A stretch of 49,298 nucleotides of DNA from Candidatus Yanofskybacteria bacterium (GCA_016185545.1 JACPNJ010000002.1:1-49298), one strand, 5' to 3'. Positions 1-9,991 are shown, counted from the stretch's first letter. Numbers and translations: made by a program. The notes: generated from the letters alone by a model not told the origin.

Positions 1-333
1 GTATTCGGGCCTGTGTGGACTACACTTTACGCGCTGATGGGTATCGCGGCGTTTTTGGTATGGCGTATGGGTTGGGAACGGAAAGAGGTGAAAATGGCGC
101 TTGGAGTATTCGGCATCCAGCTTTTCTTGAATGCCATTTGGTCAATCATATTCTTCGGCCTGCAAAATCCCGGCTGGGCATTGGTTGATATCATTCTTCT
201 CTGGCTCGCAATCATCTGGACAATCGCAGTATTTTACAAAATATCAAAGCCAGCGGCATATCTTCTTGTGCCTTATCTTCTTTGGGTGAGTTTTGCCGCC
301 TATCTCAACTACTCGATTTGGATGCTCAACTGA
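1..333 (+). CDS. tspO: TspO/MBR family tryptophan-rich sensory protein (5' truncated by window edge)
   Basis: Frame open from base 1 (VFGPVWTTLYALMG); motifs QLFLNAIWSIIFFG and LLVPYLLWVSFAAYLN are typical of TspO. Confidence 0.93.
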   Translation, partial: VFGPVWTTLYALMGIAAFLVWRMGWERKEVKMALGVFGIQLFLNAIWSIIFFGLQNPGWALVDIILLWLAIIWTIAVFYKISKPAAYLLVPYLLWVSFAAYLNYSIWMLN

Positions 334-432
334 AAATCTACCAGTAGTTCACGATCTTGAATGGTGAAATATTGCCGGGAATCTGCCAAATTGCGGTTCG
401 GAATGCGTGAAGCGCGCGGAGCCAGGCAGTTC

Positions 433-471
433 AAACTAAAAAGCGCCGATAATATTGGCGCTTTTTAGTTT
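433..471. repeat. Palindrome / possible bidirectional terminator, related to 4072-4104
   Basis: aaactaaaaagcgccgata-a-tattggcgctttttagttt: 19-bp arms with one G-T pair. Confidence 0.75.
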
Positions 472-516
472 ATTGATTCGTTACCGCACATCTTTTAGAT
501 AAGTGGACTATTAATG

Positions 517-544
517 TTGTGATGTTTTATCGGCTTGATATAAT
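517..544 (+). promoter_or_regulatory. Putative sigma70 promoter with extended -10
   Basis: TTGTGA (517-522), 16-nt spacer, TGa-TATAAT (-10 at 539-544), shortly before GTG at 555. Confidence 0.55.
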
Positions 545-554
545 AAAAGAAACC

Positions 555-788
555 GTGGCAAACAAACAAAAAATAATAATCGCGGCAACGGTGGTTCTCG
601 TTATAGCGGCGGGAGCCGGTTTTTGGTATTGGTCAAAGAGCAAACAGGTCCAGACAGGAGCCCCTACGCTGGGAAGCGAAATTTTTGAAAAAACACAAAA
701 TTTACTGAAAGGCCAAGTGCCGGATGCCAACCCCTTCAAAGACCAGAAAAATCCTTTAGATGCAATTTATCAAAACCCATTTGAATAA
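555..788 (+). CDS. Small single-pass membrane hypothetical protein
   Basis: N-terminal TM helix (IIIAATVVLVIAAGAGFWYW). Start moved from 519 to GTG 555 because of promoter position. Confidence 0.7.
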   Translation: MANKQKIIIAATVVLVIAAGAGFWYWSKSKQVQTGAPTLGSEIFEKTQNLLKGQVPDANPFKDQKNPLDAIYQNPFE

Positions 789-789
789 A

Positions 790-3462
790 ATGATTATTTT
801 AAGTAGAAAAAAATGGACCGTTGTTTCCGTTGCTTCTTTTGCCGGCTTTATAACCGTTCTTGTATTAGCCGGCTCCTTAACTTCAGTAATCGCTCATGAC
901 TTAAAAGAGACCGGGCCAACCTGCCCTGCGGGTTTAGTAAGTTGGTGGACTGGAGATGAGATTTCGGGAAAAACTGTTTTGGACATTAAAGGCAAAAACA
1001 ACGGAACCATGGTTGGCGGAGTTAGCATAGTTCCCGGTAAGGTCGGGAATGCATTTAAGTTTGATGGAAAGAGCGGATATATTACAATGGGAAATCCCTC
1101 AAGTTTAAATTTCGGGACAAAACCATTCTCATTAGAGTTTTGGATTTACTGGGATGGCGGACCGAATGTAAACAGTGTTTTAAGAAAGGCGAGTCATCCT
1201 ATCGGTGGTCGCGGAGCGGGATATTGGATTAGAATAGGCGGTACTCATATGGAGCTCTTTATGGGAGAAACCATTGGCCCAGACGGAAACCCCAAGGGTC
1301 ATACTAGTACGCCTTTTACTCCAAAAACTTGGCATCACGTCGTTGCTGTCAGAAAAGAGCTTAGCAATCAATCACAATTTTCTGGCAATACGTCATTAAT
1401 TATTGACGGAGTAGAACGAGGCGGCGTCAGAATAATTCCAGATCCTCCTGTTACTGTTAGTGATGCCCCTTTTATTATCGGAGCGCGAAGTGACGAGACC
1501 GGTACCAGTGAGTTTTTCTCCGGCATGATTGATGAAATTTCCGTTTACGATAGAGCATTGGATTGGTTGAACGAAGCCAGACCAATAATCAAGGCAGACA
1601 GCGCCGGTAAGTGTCACAAGCTGACACCAACGCCTGAACCACCGAAGTCACCGACACCCTCAAAACCGCCAGTATCTGTCTCTCCGACACCTGCTCCGCT
1701 GAATGCGATTAAATACCCGATAACAGAGTTGGGAAATTGCGCCGGCCAACAAGAATGCAAGACCTACTGCAATGCGCCAAGCAATTATTCGCAATGCGTC
1801 GCATTCGCTCAAAAAAACAATTTGGCGGTACTGGTGCCTGACGATAAAAAAGGCGTTTTTGAGGCGATGCAAAAAGGGGAAAGTCCGGGCCAATGTAAAG
1901 ACGTGTCTTCCTGCCGCGGCTATTGCGAGAATATAGACAATCTGGAGGAGTGTGTCGGTTTTGTGGAAAAATTTAATTTGGCCAGTTCCGATGAGTTAAA
2001 AGAAATGCGCAAGATAGCCGATATTAAAAAGGCGGGCGTGCCATTTCCAGGTGACTGTAAAACCAAAGAAAGCTGTTTGAAGTATTGCGATAACTCGGCT
2101 AACGCGGTTGTGTGCATGGAGTTTGCCTTAAAGGCCGGATTTATACCAAAAGAAGACATTGATGCAGTCGGCAAAATAGTTCCCTACCTGAAAAGCGGCG
2201 GTAAGTTGCCCGGCGGATGCACGACAAAAAAATCATGCGATGCATACTGCAACAATGATACCAATGTAATTGAATGCGTTGATTTTGCGGAAAAAGTGGG
2301 ATTTGTGACAAAAGAGGACGCCGATATAGTGAGAAAGACCGGCGGTAAAAGTCCGGGAAATTGCAGGTCGCGTGAGGCGTGCGACAGTTATTGCAAAGAC
2401 GAAACGCACATTGATGAATGCGTTGATTTTGCGGTAAAAGCCGGTTTTATCTCGGCAGGAGACGCGGCAGATGCCAAAAAATACAGAATCACTTCCGGAC
2501 CCGGCAACTGTAAAAGTAAAACCGAATGCGAATCTTTCTGCGTACTTCCTGAAAACCAAGATGTTTGTTTCAATTTTGCCAAAGACCACGGCATGATAAG
2601 CGAAGAGGACCTTAAATTTATTGAACAATATCGCAACCAAGGGCCGCCTGATTTTAGCCAAATCAATCCCCAATGGCTTGTTTGCATGGAGGAAGAAATG
2701 GACTCTGCTATTTTTGGACGATTCAAGGCGGGAAAATCGGGGCGTTCAGATATCTCTGCGATACAAGCGGCGCAGAAAAAATGCGAGAGCGAGATGGGCT
2801 CGGATATCAGTAAAGAGATCGAAGTTTGCTTGGGTAAGGATACCTGCTCCGAGTTTAATGCTTGCATGGATACTCTTCAGCAAGGCGGTGAGGAACAACA
2901 AGAAGGCCAGAGTATGCCGGATCCAAAAGTTGACGCAAGAATGAAGGCCTGCAAAGATGAAATACAAAAAGAAAAAACTAGCGCGTGTCTTGCAAAATCG
3001 TGCGGTGAATTTGAAGCATGCCTGAAATCTTTAGAGCAAAGCGGGGACCAGAGCGGGCAGCAGCAAGTGGAGAGTACTCCGGATCCGGCAGTCAATGCGA
3101 AGGCCCAGGCCTGCCAACAAGAAAAAATCAATGCTTGTCTTGAAAAATCATGCGATGAATTTCAGGATTGTATTAATTCTTTAGGCGGAGGAGATGGCGG
3201 AGAACAACAAGGCGGAACGCCGGACCCGGCTGTTATAGCCAAAGTTCGGTCATGCCAGCCCCCACCCCCAAGCGGAGACGGTGAAGAACAGCAACAAAGT
3301 GGCAACCAGTCGGGAATTCCGCAAGGATATTCTTCTTGGGAAGCATTTTGCAGGGCCAATCCAGGCGACTCCCGTTGCTCCGCATACGCGCCACAGCAAT
3401 ACCCGTTATTACTACGATACCAACCCTTTGCCGCAATTTTGAATTTTCTCCTGGGACATTAA
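790..3462 (+). CDS. Secreted LamG/concanavalin-like domain protein with cysteine-rich repeats
   Basis: Signal/TM segment; LamG-like domain (GLVSWW...GKVGNAFKFDG...TWHHVVAV...FSGMIDEISVYDRAL); Pro-rich linker; six C-x5-C-x3-C-x8-C repeats; three CLxKxCxEFxxC...PDP repeats. ATG 790 follows the upstream stop at 788. Confidence 0.85.
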   Translation: MIILSRKKWTVVSVASFAGFITVLVLAGSLTSVIAHDLKETGPTCPAGLVSWWTGDEISGKTVLDIKGKNNGTMVGGVSIVPGKVGNAFKFDGKSGYITMGNPSSLNFGTKPFSLEFWIYWDGGPNVNSVLRKASHPIGGRGAGYWIRIGGTHMELFMGETIGPDGNPKGHTSTPFTPKTWHHVVAVRKELSNQSQFSGNTSLIIDGVERGGVRIIPDPPVTVSDAPFIIGARSDETGTSEFFSGMIDEISVYDRALDWLNEARPIIKADSAGKCHKLTPTPEPPKSPTPSKPPVSVSPTPAPLNAIKYPITELGNCAGQQECKTYCNAPSNYSQCVAFAQKNNLAVLVPDDKKGVFEAMQKGESPGQCKDVSSCRGYCENIDNLEECVGFVEKFNLASSDELKEMRKIADIKKAGVPFPGDCKTKESCLKYCDNSANAVVCMEFALKAGFIPKEDIDAVGKIVPYLKSGGKLPGGCTTKKSCDAYCNNDTNVIECVDFAEKVGFVTKEDADIVRKTGGKSPGNCRSREACDSYCKDETHIDECVDFAVKAGFISAGDAADAKKYRITSGPGNCKSKTECESFCVLPENQDVCFNFAKDHGMISEEDLKFIEQYRNQGPPDFSQINPQWLVCMEEEMDSAIFGRFKAGKSGRSDISAIQAAQKKCESEMGSDISKEIEVCLGKDTCSEFNACMDTLQQGGEEQQEGQSMPDPKVDARMKACKDEIQKEKTSACLAKSCGEFEACLKSLEQSGDQSGQQQVESTPDPAVNAKAQACQQEKINACLEKSCDEFQDCINSLGGGDGGEQQGGTPDPAVIAKVRSCQPPPPSGDGEEQQQSGNQSGIPQGYSSWEAFCRANPGDSRCSAYAPQQYPLLLRYQPFAAILNFLLGH

Positions 3463-3710
3463 GACACCTTATTTACCCCGGTATCAGCGACCTGTATGCA
3501 TCCGGTTTTAGACCTCCCAAAGACCTCTTAAATCCTTGCGAAAATCCAATCAAGACCACAGCGCGGAGCAATTTCAAAAAGCTAGAAAAACCGGCTTTTT
3601 GTTTGGACGGAATGTGAGCTTTAGAACTTTTTTGAGAAATGGCATTTGCCTGCCCCTGGCGTAAGTACGGGGTAGGGTAAAATTTGATTGTTTCTGTTAT
3701 ACTAAAACTA

Positions 3711-4259
3711 ATGCTTATGAATAAAAGGAAACTCTATGGTATCACGAAGGGCCAGTTGATTGTTTTGTGGGTTGCGGGTATTGTCATTTGGGTTTGGTCA
3801 TTTTTTAAGATATTCGTTACGTATTTTGCCATTGTTTCTTCTATCAGTTGGCCGAGATTGTCGCCTGGCGCACCCCTATTAAATGCCGCCTTATTCTTGT
3901 TAATCCCGCTTATTTTGATTCTCTATACAATCGGCTGGCAAAACCACAAAAAACACCTCGCCGTTTCCCGGCAGCAAAATAACAATGGCCAAGCTGAAAA
4001 TGCCTCTAAGCCCCCCCCCCGACTTCCACCCCATAGCCGATTTGGTTGGTTACAGCCAACCGTGATGCGTCCTAAAAAGTGCAGATATTATCTGCACTTT
4101 TTAGTTTCGAATCCTGGCGCCGTCAGCTTGCCGGTTCTAATCCTGCTCCCGTCAAAATCGTTTTTCTTGGTTTTAAGCCATTGTTTTGGTTCAAGTCCTA
4201 TCATCAAGTCACCTTTCAATTTTCCATGTTTTTTGATAGGGTCTCATCATGATTCCTGA
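3711..4259 (+). CDS. Hypothetical membrane protein (2 TM helices); C-terminal half doubtful
   Basis: Two hydrophobic helices in the first ~80 aa. ATG 3711 lies 7 nt after TGt-TATACT. The 3' part reads through a C10 run and a palindrome. Confidence 0.5.
   Translation: MLMNKRKLYGITKGQLIVLWVAGIVIWVWSFFKIFVTYFAIVSSISWPRLSPGAPLLNAALFLLIPLILILYTIGWQNHKKHLAVSRQQNNNGQAENASKPPPRLPPHSRFGWLQPTVMRPKKCRYYLHFLVSNPGAVSLPVLILLPSKSFFLVLSHCFGSSPIIKSPFNFPCFLIGSHHDS
4072..4104. repeat. Perfect 33-bp palindrome
   Basis: ctaaaaagtgcagata-t-tatctgcactttttag. Confidence 0.85.
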
Positions 4260-4812
4260 GTCAGAATATAAACCAAAGCTTCTCGAAATTCTAAATAACG
4301 GAAATGGTGGATGGACTGATGGTGACAGGGAAAAACAAACCGACAAAACAGCCGATATAGTTAATCATCTTCTTAAAATAGCGATTGAAATAAAAGATGA
4401 TACTCGGTATAAATTTATTCACCCAGAACCAGGAGTTATAAGGACAGCGACTCACGATTTATCTCAAAAAAGTAAGCAATTATTTGGAGATGATTCTAGG
4501 GATGCTAATCATAAATTTAGAAACTATCCCGGATATAGAACCATTCTCATTATAAGAACCGAGTTCGCCATGTTTAAAGACACGCTATCATATATGAATC
4601 AGGGATTTCAAACATTTGTAAAACAAGGCGACAAGCTAGTTTATGTTGGACAAAGAAAGAACTATCGAATGGATAGTACTTCAGAAATTGGATGTTATCT
4701 GTTCCCTGATGACCAAATGCTATATTTAAATAATCCGCATGCAAAACAAAATCGTATTTTATCTAAAGATGAGGTGCAGGATTTGTTGGGCATCGCGGTT
4801 GAGGCTATCTAA
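4249..4812 (+). CDS. Hypothetical protein, possible PD-(D/E)xK nuclease fold
   Basis: TAD-x9-IEIK pattern (KTADIVNHLLKIAIEIKDD) resembles restriction-endonuclease motifs II/III. First gene of a coupled operon. Confidence 0.6.
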   Translation: MIPESEYKPKLLEILNNGNGGWTDGDREKQTDKTADIVNHLLKIAIEIKDDTRYKFIHPEPGVIRTATHDLSQKSKQLFGDDSRDANHKFRNYPGYRTILIIRTEFAMFKDTLSYMNQGFQTFVKQGDKLVYVGQRKNYRMDSTSEIGCYLFPDDQMLYLNNPHAKQNRILSKDEVQDLLGIAVEAI

Positions 4813-5412
4813 ATGAATCAAGTTATAGAAGATTTTTTTAATAAATATGTTTTTGGCTGGATGTTTACCGACGTCAGAATTTGCGTTGATGGAGGAGCGA
4901 ATTTCGGTGGCACTGCTCTTATTTGCTCATATATAGATTCGATGGGCAAATTTTACCTCGGTATAACAGAAGATAAGCAGAGCGAAATGAGGTTTACTGA
5001 ATTTATGAATGATTTTTTCGATTCTGAATATAAAGATTTTTCCAAATTTATATATACCGATTATCGGTGCGGCCTTCTCCATCAGTTTTTTCCTAAAAAA
5101 GGAGCGGGCGTGATAAGAGGAAAAGATAACAGGGAATATCACCTTAAGCTTCATAAAGACACCGAAATAATTCCAATAAATCTAACTGTGTTTTATGAGG
5201 ACTTTCAATTAGCAGTTAAAAAATATTATGAAAAATTGAAGATTGATGCAAAGTTGCAAGATAATTTTTTCAAAGTGTATGAATCGATGAATAGCGAAAC
5301 GAGTGCAAACTATCAAGAGTTACTAGGTAAGACAAGCTACACATACGTTTACGGGCCGCATTCATCCACTATATCAGCTGGGATAATTATCAATAAACAA
5401 GAAAAAAAATAA
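4813..5412 (+). CDS. Hypothetical protein, possible HEPN-like RNase
   Basis: Apparently helical ~200-aa protein with an R-x4-H motif (YRCGLLHQ). ATG immediately follows the upstream TAA. Confidence 0.6.
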   Translation: MNQVIEDFFNKYVFGWMFTDVRICVDGGANFGGTALICSYIDSMGKFYLGITEDKQSEMRFTEFMNDFFDSEYKDFSKFIYTDYRCGLLHQFFPKKGAGVIRGKDNREYHLKLHKDTEIIPINLTVFYEDFQLAVKKYYEKLKIDAKLQDNFFKVYESMNSETSANYQELLGKTSYTYVYGPHSSTISAGIIINKQEKK

Positions 5413-5939
5413 TGCCCACTTTTCAACAGTTAAGAACCGGCTATCCGGCTCCTCACTATCCTTTTTCAAATACTTTGCTTGCTTTTATGGCCAACGATAA
5501 TAATTTTTATAGTTCTTTAAAGCTGGCCAATTCCACTCGATTTCAAATTATACCGGTAATATTAACTTCCCATACAGTACTTCCACATCCACTTTCTGCC
5601 GACCAAGTAATAGGAATATGGTATTTTGATAAAGTAAACTTTAATACTGGTAACACCCCCTTTTTTAAACAAGATTTTATTATTAACGTGGGCACAAGAC
5701 ACACAGATTATATTTCTTATTCAGCCGCTAATTCAAATGGTCAATCTGTAAAACCGATCAGGGAATTCTTCCGTCTTTATGGTTCGGGAACAAAGTTTTA
5801 CAATAGAAACGCTCGGCATCCTCAGCGTTGGCAACATCATTACGATAATGTCATTAATCTACCGAGATCTGCTGAATTACGTGCATGGGCTAAAAAACTA
5901 AGAGATGAATATAGAAAAACAGGAAATTGTACAATCTAA
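5412..5939 (+). CDS. Hypothetical protein
   Basis: 175-aa ORF with TAATG overlap to the upstream gene; no family recognised. Confidence 0.7.
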   Translation: MPTFQQLRTGYPAPHYPFSNTLLAFMANDNNFYSSLKLANSTRFQIIPVILTSHTVLPHPLSADQVIGIWYFDKVNFNTGNTPFFKQDFIINVGTRHTDYISYSAANSNGQSVKPIREFFRLYGSGTKFYNRNARHPQRWQHHYDNVINLPRSAELRAWAKKLRDEYRKTGNCTI

Positions 5940-6081
5940 TAATTAGAAAAGTTCTATTTCCCCATCTTTTATAAAAATCTCATCCAAAACTGAATAAATT
6001 ACCAAGAAAAAATCAGTTCAAGACCTGTGGCCGGTAGGCCAAAATTGGACAAAAATCAGATTCTAACTCAGAACCCCGAAA

Positions 6082-6114
6082 ATCAAAATCCCAGATAGTA
6101 TCTGGGATTTTGAT
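6082..6114. terminator. Perfect 33-bp palindrome between convergent operon and tRNA-Asn; probable bidirectional terminator
   Basis: atcaaaatcccagata-g-tatctgggattttgat. Confidence 0.7.
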
Positions 6115-6158
6115 CGAGTTGAGGACGGAGACAGGTCTGAACACACCAGAATGCCTGC

Positions 6159-6230
6159 CTCCGCGGGTAGGATTCGAACCTACAACCTTCGCCTTAACAG
6201 GGCGCCGCACTACCATTGTGCTACCGCGGA
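6159..6230 (-). tRNA. tRNA-Asn(GTT), CCA not encoded
   Basis: Acceptor TCCGCGG/CCGCGGA plus G73, anticodon loop ctGTTaa, T-arm GTAGG-TTCGAAT-CCTAC. Confidence 0.95.
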
Positions 6231-6268
6231 GCTTTGGGGTGTTAAAATTCTACAAGGCCGCTCTTCCT

Positions 6269-6364
6269 GGGAAATTTGAACTGTTGTCCATCGCAAAGCG
6301 ATGGACAGTTACGCCAAGCAAGCTTGGCTAAATTTCCCGTTAAAGTGCCACTGGGCACTTTAAC
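6269..6364. repeat. Cluster of hairpins upstream of tRNA-Asn
   Basis: gggaaattt...aaatttccc encloses tgtccatcgc/gcgatggaca and gccaagc/gcttggc; followed by gttaaagtgcc/ggcactttaac. Confidence 0.7.
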
Positions 6365-6390
6365 CCATTTTGCTATCCCGGAATAAATTT

Positions 6391-6762
6391 TTAATTAACT
6401 GTCGGTTTTAGTTTTAATAATACGCTCTCAAGTGATTTCCTATGCTTTTCCAAAGAATGCCCGCGCTTGCAACGAAAACTGGTTTCTCCCATATCTGCTA
6501 ATCTTTTTAATTCTGTCTCGGCAATTTGACTGTATATGATTTTCATTTCTTCAGATGGTTTAAATTTCATCTTTATCGCCATTCTTTTTGTTACATCTAA
6601 AAGAATATCTTCAAATAATTTAAGTTTCTCCGCACCAGCGACATCCTTTAATTGCTCAGTAGCAGATTGGTTTTGATTAAAACCCAAAGCCAAAGCGCAA
6701 GTATCCAGTTCGTTAAGTTCAACCAACCTTTCGATTGATTCAATAAATTTTTCTGATTTCAT
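6391..6762 (-). CDS. Hypothetical protein
   Basis: 123-aa ATG-initiated ORF downstream of rpoD; no family recognised. Confidence 0.65.
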   Translation of the reverse strand: MKSEKFIESIERLVELNELDTCALALGFNQNQSATEQLKDVAGAEKLKLFEDILLDVTKRMAIKMKFKPSEEMKIIYSQIAETELKRLADMGETSFRCKRGHSLEKHRKSLESVLLKLKPTVN

Positions 6763-6826
6763 GTAATTAAAATATTGTAACGGAATTGGGAAACATATTC
6801 AATCACGCTCTTGAAAAGTATATATG

Positions 6827-8053
6827 TTAATACCCCTTCAACTTCCCTATCGCGTGGTGTTGGCGAATTTTTTCCAACGCTTTGGCTTCAATCTGCCTGA
6901 TGCGTTCGCGGGTTACGCCAAATACTTTACCAACTTCTTCAAGCGTATGGGTTACTCCATCTTTTAATCCAAAACGCATTTCAAGAATTTTTTGTTCGCG
7001 CGGCGAGAGCTCTCTTATAATTTCCTGCAGGTGATCGCGCAATATACGCCATCCGGCCATCGTTTCGGGAGTTACGGACTCCTCATCGGCGATAAAGTCA
7101 GCCAACAGCGAACCTTCATCATCATCATCTCCCACCGGCGCTTCAAGTGAAACGGTGTCCTGCGATATTTTCATGATGTGGTGGATTTTGTCCACATCCA
7201 CGCCCATCTCGGCGGCAGTTTCTTCCGGCAGAGGTTCTCGGCCAAGATCCTGCACTAGTCGTCTTACGACTTGCTGATATTTGTTGATGGTTTCAATCAT
7301 GTGCACCGGTATGCGGATAGTACGCGCCTGATCAGCCAGCGCCCGTGTAATCGCCTGCCTTATCCACCAAGTAGCATAAGTTGAAAACTTGTAGCCGCGC
7401 TTATAATCGAACTTCTCAACCGCGCGCGAAAGCCCGATGTTCCCCTCCTGTATCAAGTCAAGCAAAGTTAGATTGGGTGAACGGCCGACATATTTTTTGG
7501 CGATTGAAACCACAAGGCGCAAATTGGATACCATCAGCCGCTGCCTTGCCGCTTCATCGCCTTTTTCAATTTTTTTGGCCAGTTCCGCCTCTTCTTCGCC
7601 CCGCAAAAGCGGATATTGGCCGATCTCACGCAAATACATCTGTACCGAATCCGAGCCGGCCTCAATCTGTTCTTCCTCAAGCTTCTTTTTTTCCTCCTGT
7701 TCCTTTGTCCGCTCCTCGGCAAAAACCTTGCCGGTATCCATTACGTTGATATTGGCCGCCTCCAGCCGTTCATAAAGTCGCTCTAACCCCTCAATGTCTT
7801 TTTCAACATTGGGAAAAGTGTTTAATATTTCCGCCTCAGTGATAAAACCGCGGTGTCTGCCTTTCTCAATAAGCCGCAAAATCGCATCCTCGCTTATTAC
7901 CGCCTTGGCCACCCTCGGCGCTTTCTTTTCCAGTTTTTTCTTTGGCTTTGTCCTGTTTTGGCGTTTAATCTTTTTACGTAATTTAAACCCCGCTTTCTTT
8001 TTAGAGGTTTTCTTCTTTTGCGCTTTTTTAGGTTTTTTAGATTTTTTAGACAA
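6827..8053 (-). CDS. rpoD: RNA polymerase primary sigma factor
   Basis: Region 1.2 [11 protein letters not shown], region 2 [12 protein letters not shown]...[17 protein letters not shown], region 4 [24 protein letters not shown]; Lys-rich N-terminus. Confidence 0.98.
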   Translation of the reverse strand: MSKKSKKPKKAQKKKTSKKKAGFKLRKKIKRQNRTKPKKKLEKKAPRVAKAVISEDAILRLIEKGRHRGFITEAEILNTFPNVEKDIEGLERLYERLEAANINVMDTGKVFAEERTKEQEEKKKLEEEQIEAGSDSVQMYLREIGQYPLLRGEEEAELAKKIEKGDEAARQRLMVSNLRLVVSIAKKYVGRSPNLTLLDLIQEGNIGLSRAVEKFDYKRGYKFSTYATWWIRQAITRALADQARTIRIPVHMIETINKYQQVVRRLVQDLGREPLPEETAAEMGVDVDKIHHIMKISQDTVSLEAPVGDDDDEGSLLADFIADEESVTPETMAGWRILRDHLQEIIRELSPREQKILEMRFGLKDGVTHTLEEVGKVFGVTRERIRQIEAKALEKIRQHHAIGKLKGY

Positions 8054-8061
8054 AGCTAAGA

Positions 8062-9873
8062 TTACAGTTGCTTGGATATTTTAGAAAATTCATTCACAAG
8101 CGCAATAAGTTTTTCTTTTTCACCGCCTTTCTCGGCCGCCTTGATATCATACTCCAAACTCGCCAACTGCATAGAAATCCTGCGCTTTTTTATTTGGGCT
8201 ATTGATTTTTGAAATTCTTCCTCAAGCTCGGTATCCTTAAAATCCCTCCATAACTCCTGTGATTTTAAATATGTAAATTCTAAACTCATTGCCAGCGCCG
8301 GCTCCACCGATGATGCAAGCTGGGCCACCGGCGCCTCTTTTTCTGTTGATTTTAATTTCTCCGCCAAATTCCAAAACTGTTCTGAAAAAAACCGCTTATC
8401 TTCGGAATTAATTTTTTGGGCAAGTTCGGGTTTTTTAACTATCAGCGACAATAAAGTTTCTTCCGTAAGATCCAAGTTGGTTTTTGGTTGTTGGCTATAG
8501 ACTGTCGGCTGATTATCGTGTTCAATCTGTATACCTTCCTTTAATTTTGCAGACGCTAACTCTTGATACAAAATTTCCTCTTTCATTTTTAGCACCAGCG
8601 CAATCTCGCCAACCCAATGCGACTGTTCTATTTTGTTTGCCATGGAAGCAAGGAAAGGCAGGAGTTTTTGCGCTAATAGCTTTTTACCCAGCGCCGTTGT
8701 AATATCAAAAGTTTTCCTGGCTGTTTCAAAATAAAAATCCATGAACGGCTTGGATTTTTGCGTATATTCGGACCATTTTACGCCGTACTTTTTAATGTAA
8801 TCGGCGGGGTCCTTGAGATCTAACTCATTTACGGTAATTATACCAACATTGAATCCTTTTGCAAGGGCTAAATCAACTCCCCTGTCAGTTGCCATCGCTC
8901 CGGCGCTGTCGGAATCAAAACAAAGGTCAAGATTTTCTGTATATCGTTTGATTATCTTGAGATGGCCGTCGGTAAGCGCCGTGCCGGATGAGGCGACAAC
9001 ATGTCTAGCCCCGGCCTGATGCGACATAATCACATCCATATTGCCCTCAACTACCAAGCATTTATTGGCGCGGCGGATATCCAGCTTGGCCTTGTCCAGC
9101 CCATAAAGAATATGGCTTTTGTCATAAATCGGGGTTTGGGGAGAGTTCACATATTTTCCAACGTCCTCCTGTTTGGCAAGCTCACCGAAAACTCTGCCCG
9201 TGAATCCAACCGTCTGGCCATTGATATCAAAGATCGGAAACATTATCCGTGAGCGGAATCTGTCAAAATACTGTGGCCTTCCGTAGCCCTCGGCAAAGGA
9301 GGCACCGCTACCGTCTTTTTTCACAATCAGCCCCGCATTGAGAATCTCCTGGTTTTCATAATTTCGCCCAAGGAAATTATGAAGCGCGTTCCATGATTCG
9401 GGCGCATAGCCAAGGTGGAACTCTTTAATTGATTCATCAGTTAATCCCCTCTCATACAAATAAGCCAGCGCTTTCTTCCCGATTGCCGACTCGCGCAACT
9501 GTTTTTCAAAAAACCTCATCGCCAGCTCGCAGATTTCATAAAGTTTCGTTTTAGCGCTTTGAAATTCCTGATATTCAGGGCTTTGCCTTTCTAATTTAAC
9601 TCCGGCGCGCGCGGCTAAAATACGCAATGCTTCCGGAAATTCAATTCCCTCAATCTGCTTTACGAAACCAAAGGCGTCCCCGCCGGCCGAGCATCCAAAA
9701 CAATGCCAGATTTGCCTTTCCGGGGAAACAAAAAACGAGGCGGACTTCTCGTTATGAAACGGGCAGCGGGCCTTATAGTTGATTCCCGATTTTTGCAACT
9801 TCAAATAACTTGAAATCAGGTCAACTATGTCAACCCGCTCTTTAATTTGATCCACTATGCCGGCCCCAGACAT
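8062..9873 (-). CDS. dnaG: DNA primase
   Basis: Zn finger CPFHNEK...[34 protein letters not shown] and [13 protein letters not shown]; dnaG-rpoD order. Confidence 0.98.
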   Translation of the reverse strand: MSGAGIVDQIKERVDIVDLISSYLKLQKSGINYKARCPFHNEKSASFFVSPERQIWHCFGCSAGGDAFGFVKQIEGIEFPEALRILAARAGVKLERQSPEYQEFQSAKTKLYEICELAMRFFEKQLRESAIGKKALAYLYERGLTDESIKEFHLGYAPESWNALHNFLGRNYENQEILNAGLIVKKDGSGASFAEGYGRPQYFDRFRSRIMFPIFDINGQTVGFTGRVFGELAKQEDVGKYVNSPQTPIYDKSHILYGLDKAKLDIRRANKCLVVEGNMDVIMSHQAGARHVVASSGTALTDGHLKIIKRYTENLDLCFDSDSAGAMATDRGVDLALAKGFNVGIITVNELDLKDPADYIKKYGVKWSEYTQKSKPFMDFYFETARKTFDITTALGKKLLAQKLLPFLASMANKIEQSHWVGEIALVLKMKEEILYQELASAKLKEGIQIEHDNQPTVYSQQPKTNLDLTEETLLSLIVKKPELAQKINSEDKRFFSEQFWNLAEKLKSTEKEAPVAQLASSVEPALAMSLEFTYLKSQELWRDFKDTELEEEFQKSIAQIKKRRISMQLASLEYDIKAAEKGGEKEKLIALVNEFSKISKQL

Positions 9874-9991
9874 GTTAATTATTCTACCAAATTTACCAAA
9901 AATTTAGAAGCGCTCTAAAATTACGCACCCACCACAACTTGTTTTTGCAAAATTAAAAGGGACCGGAAGGTCCCCTGAAATTCTACCAAAG

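Noticed and set aside
4104-4200. T-loop-like fragments (ttcgaatcc, ggttctaatcc, ggttcaagtcc) as an att duplicate of tRNA-Asn
   Set aside because: None matches the tRNA-Asn 3' end beyond the generic T-loop, the first belongs to the palindrome flank, and no integrase is present.
433-6114. Palindromes as integron attC sites
   Set aside because: They lack RYYYAAC/GTTRRRY ends and extrahelical bases, and no intI is in the window.
6013-6331. ORFs 6013-6216 and 6110-6331, likewise 26872-27158, 44487-44780, 39262-39495 and 48839-49054
   Set aside because: They overlap tRNAs or structured repeats and have no protein-like features.
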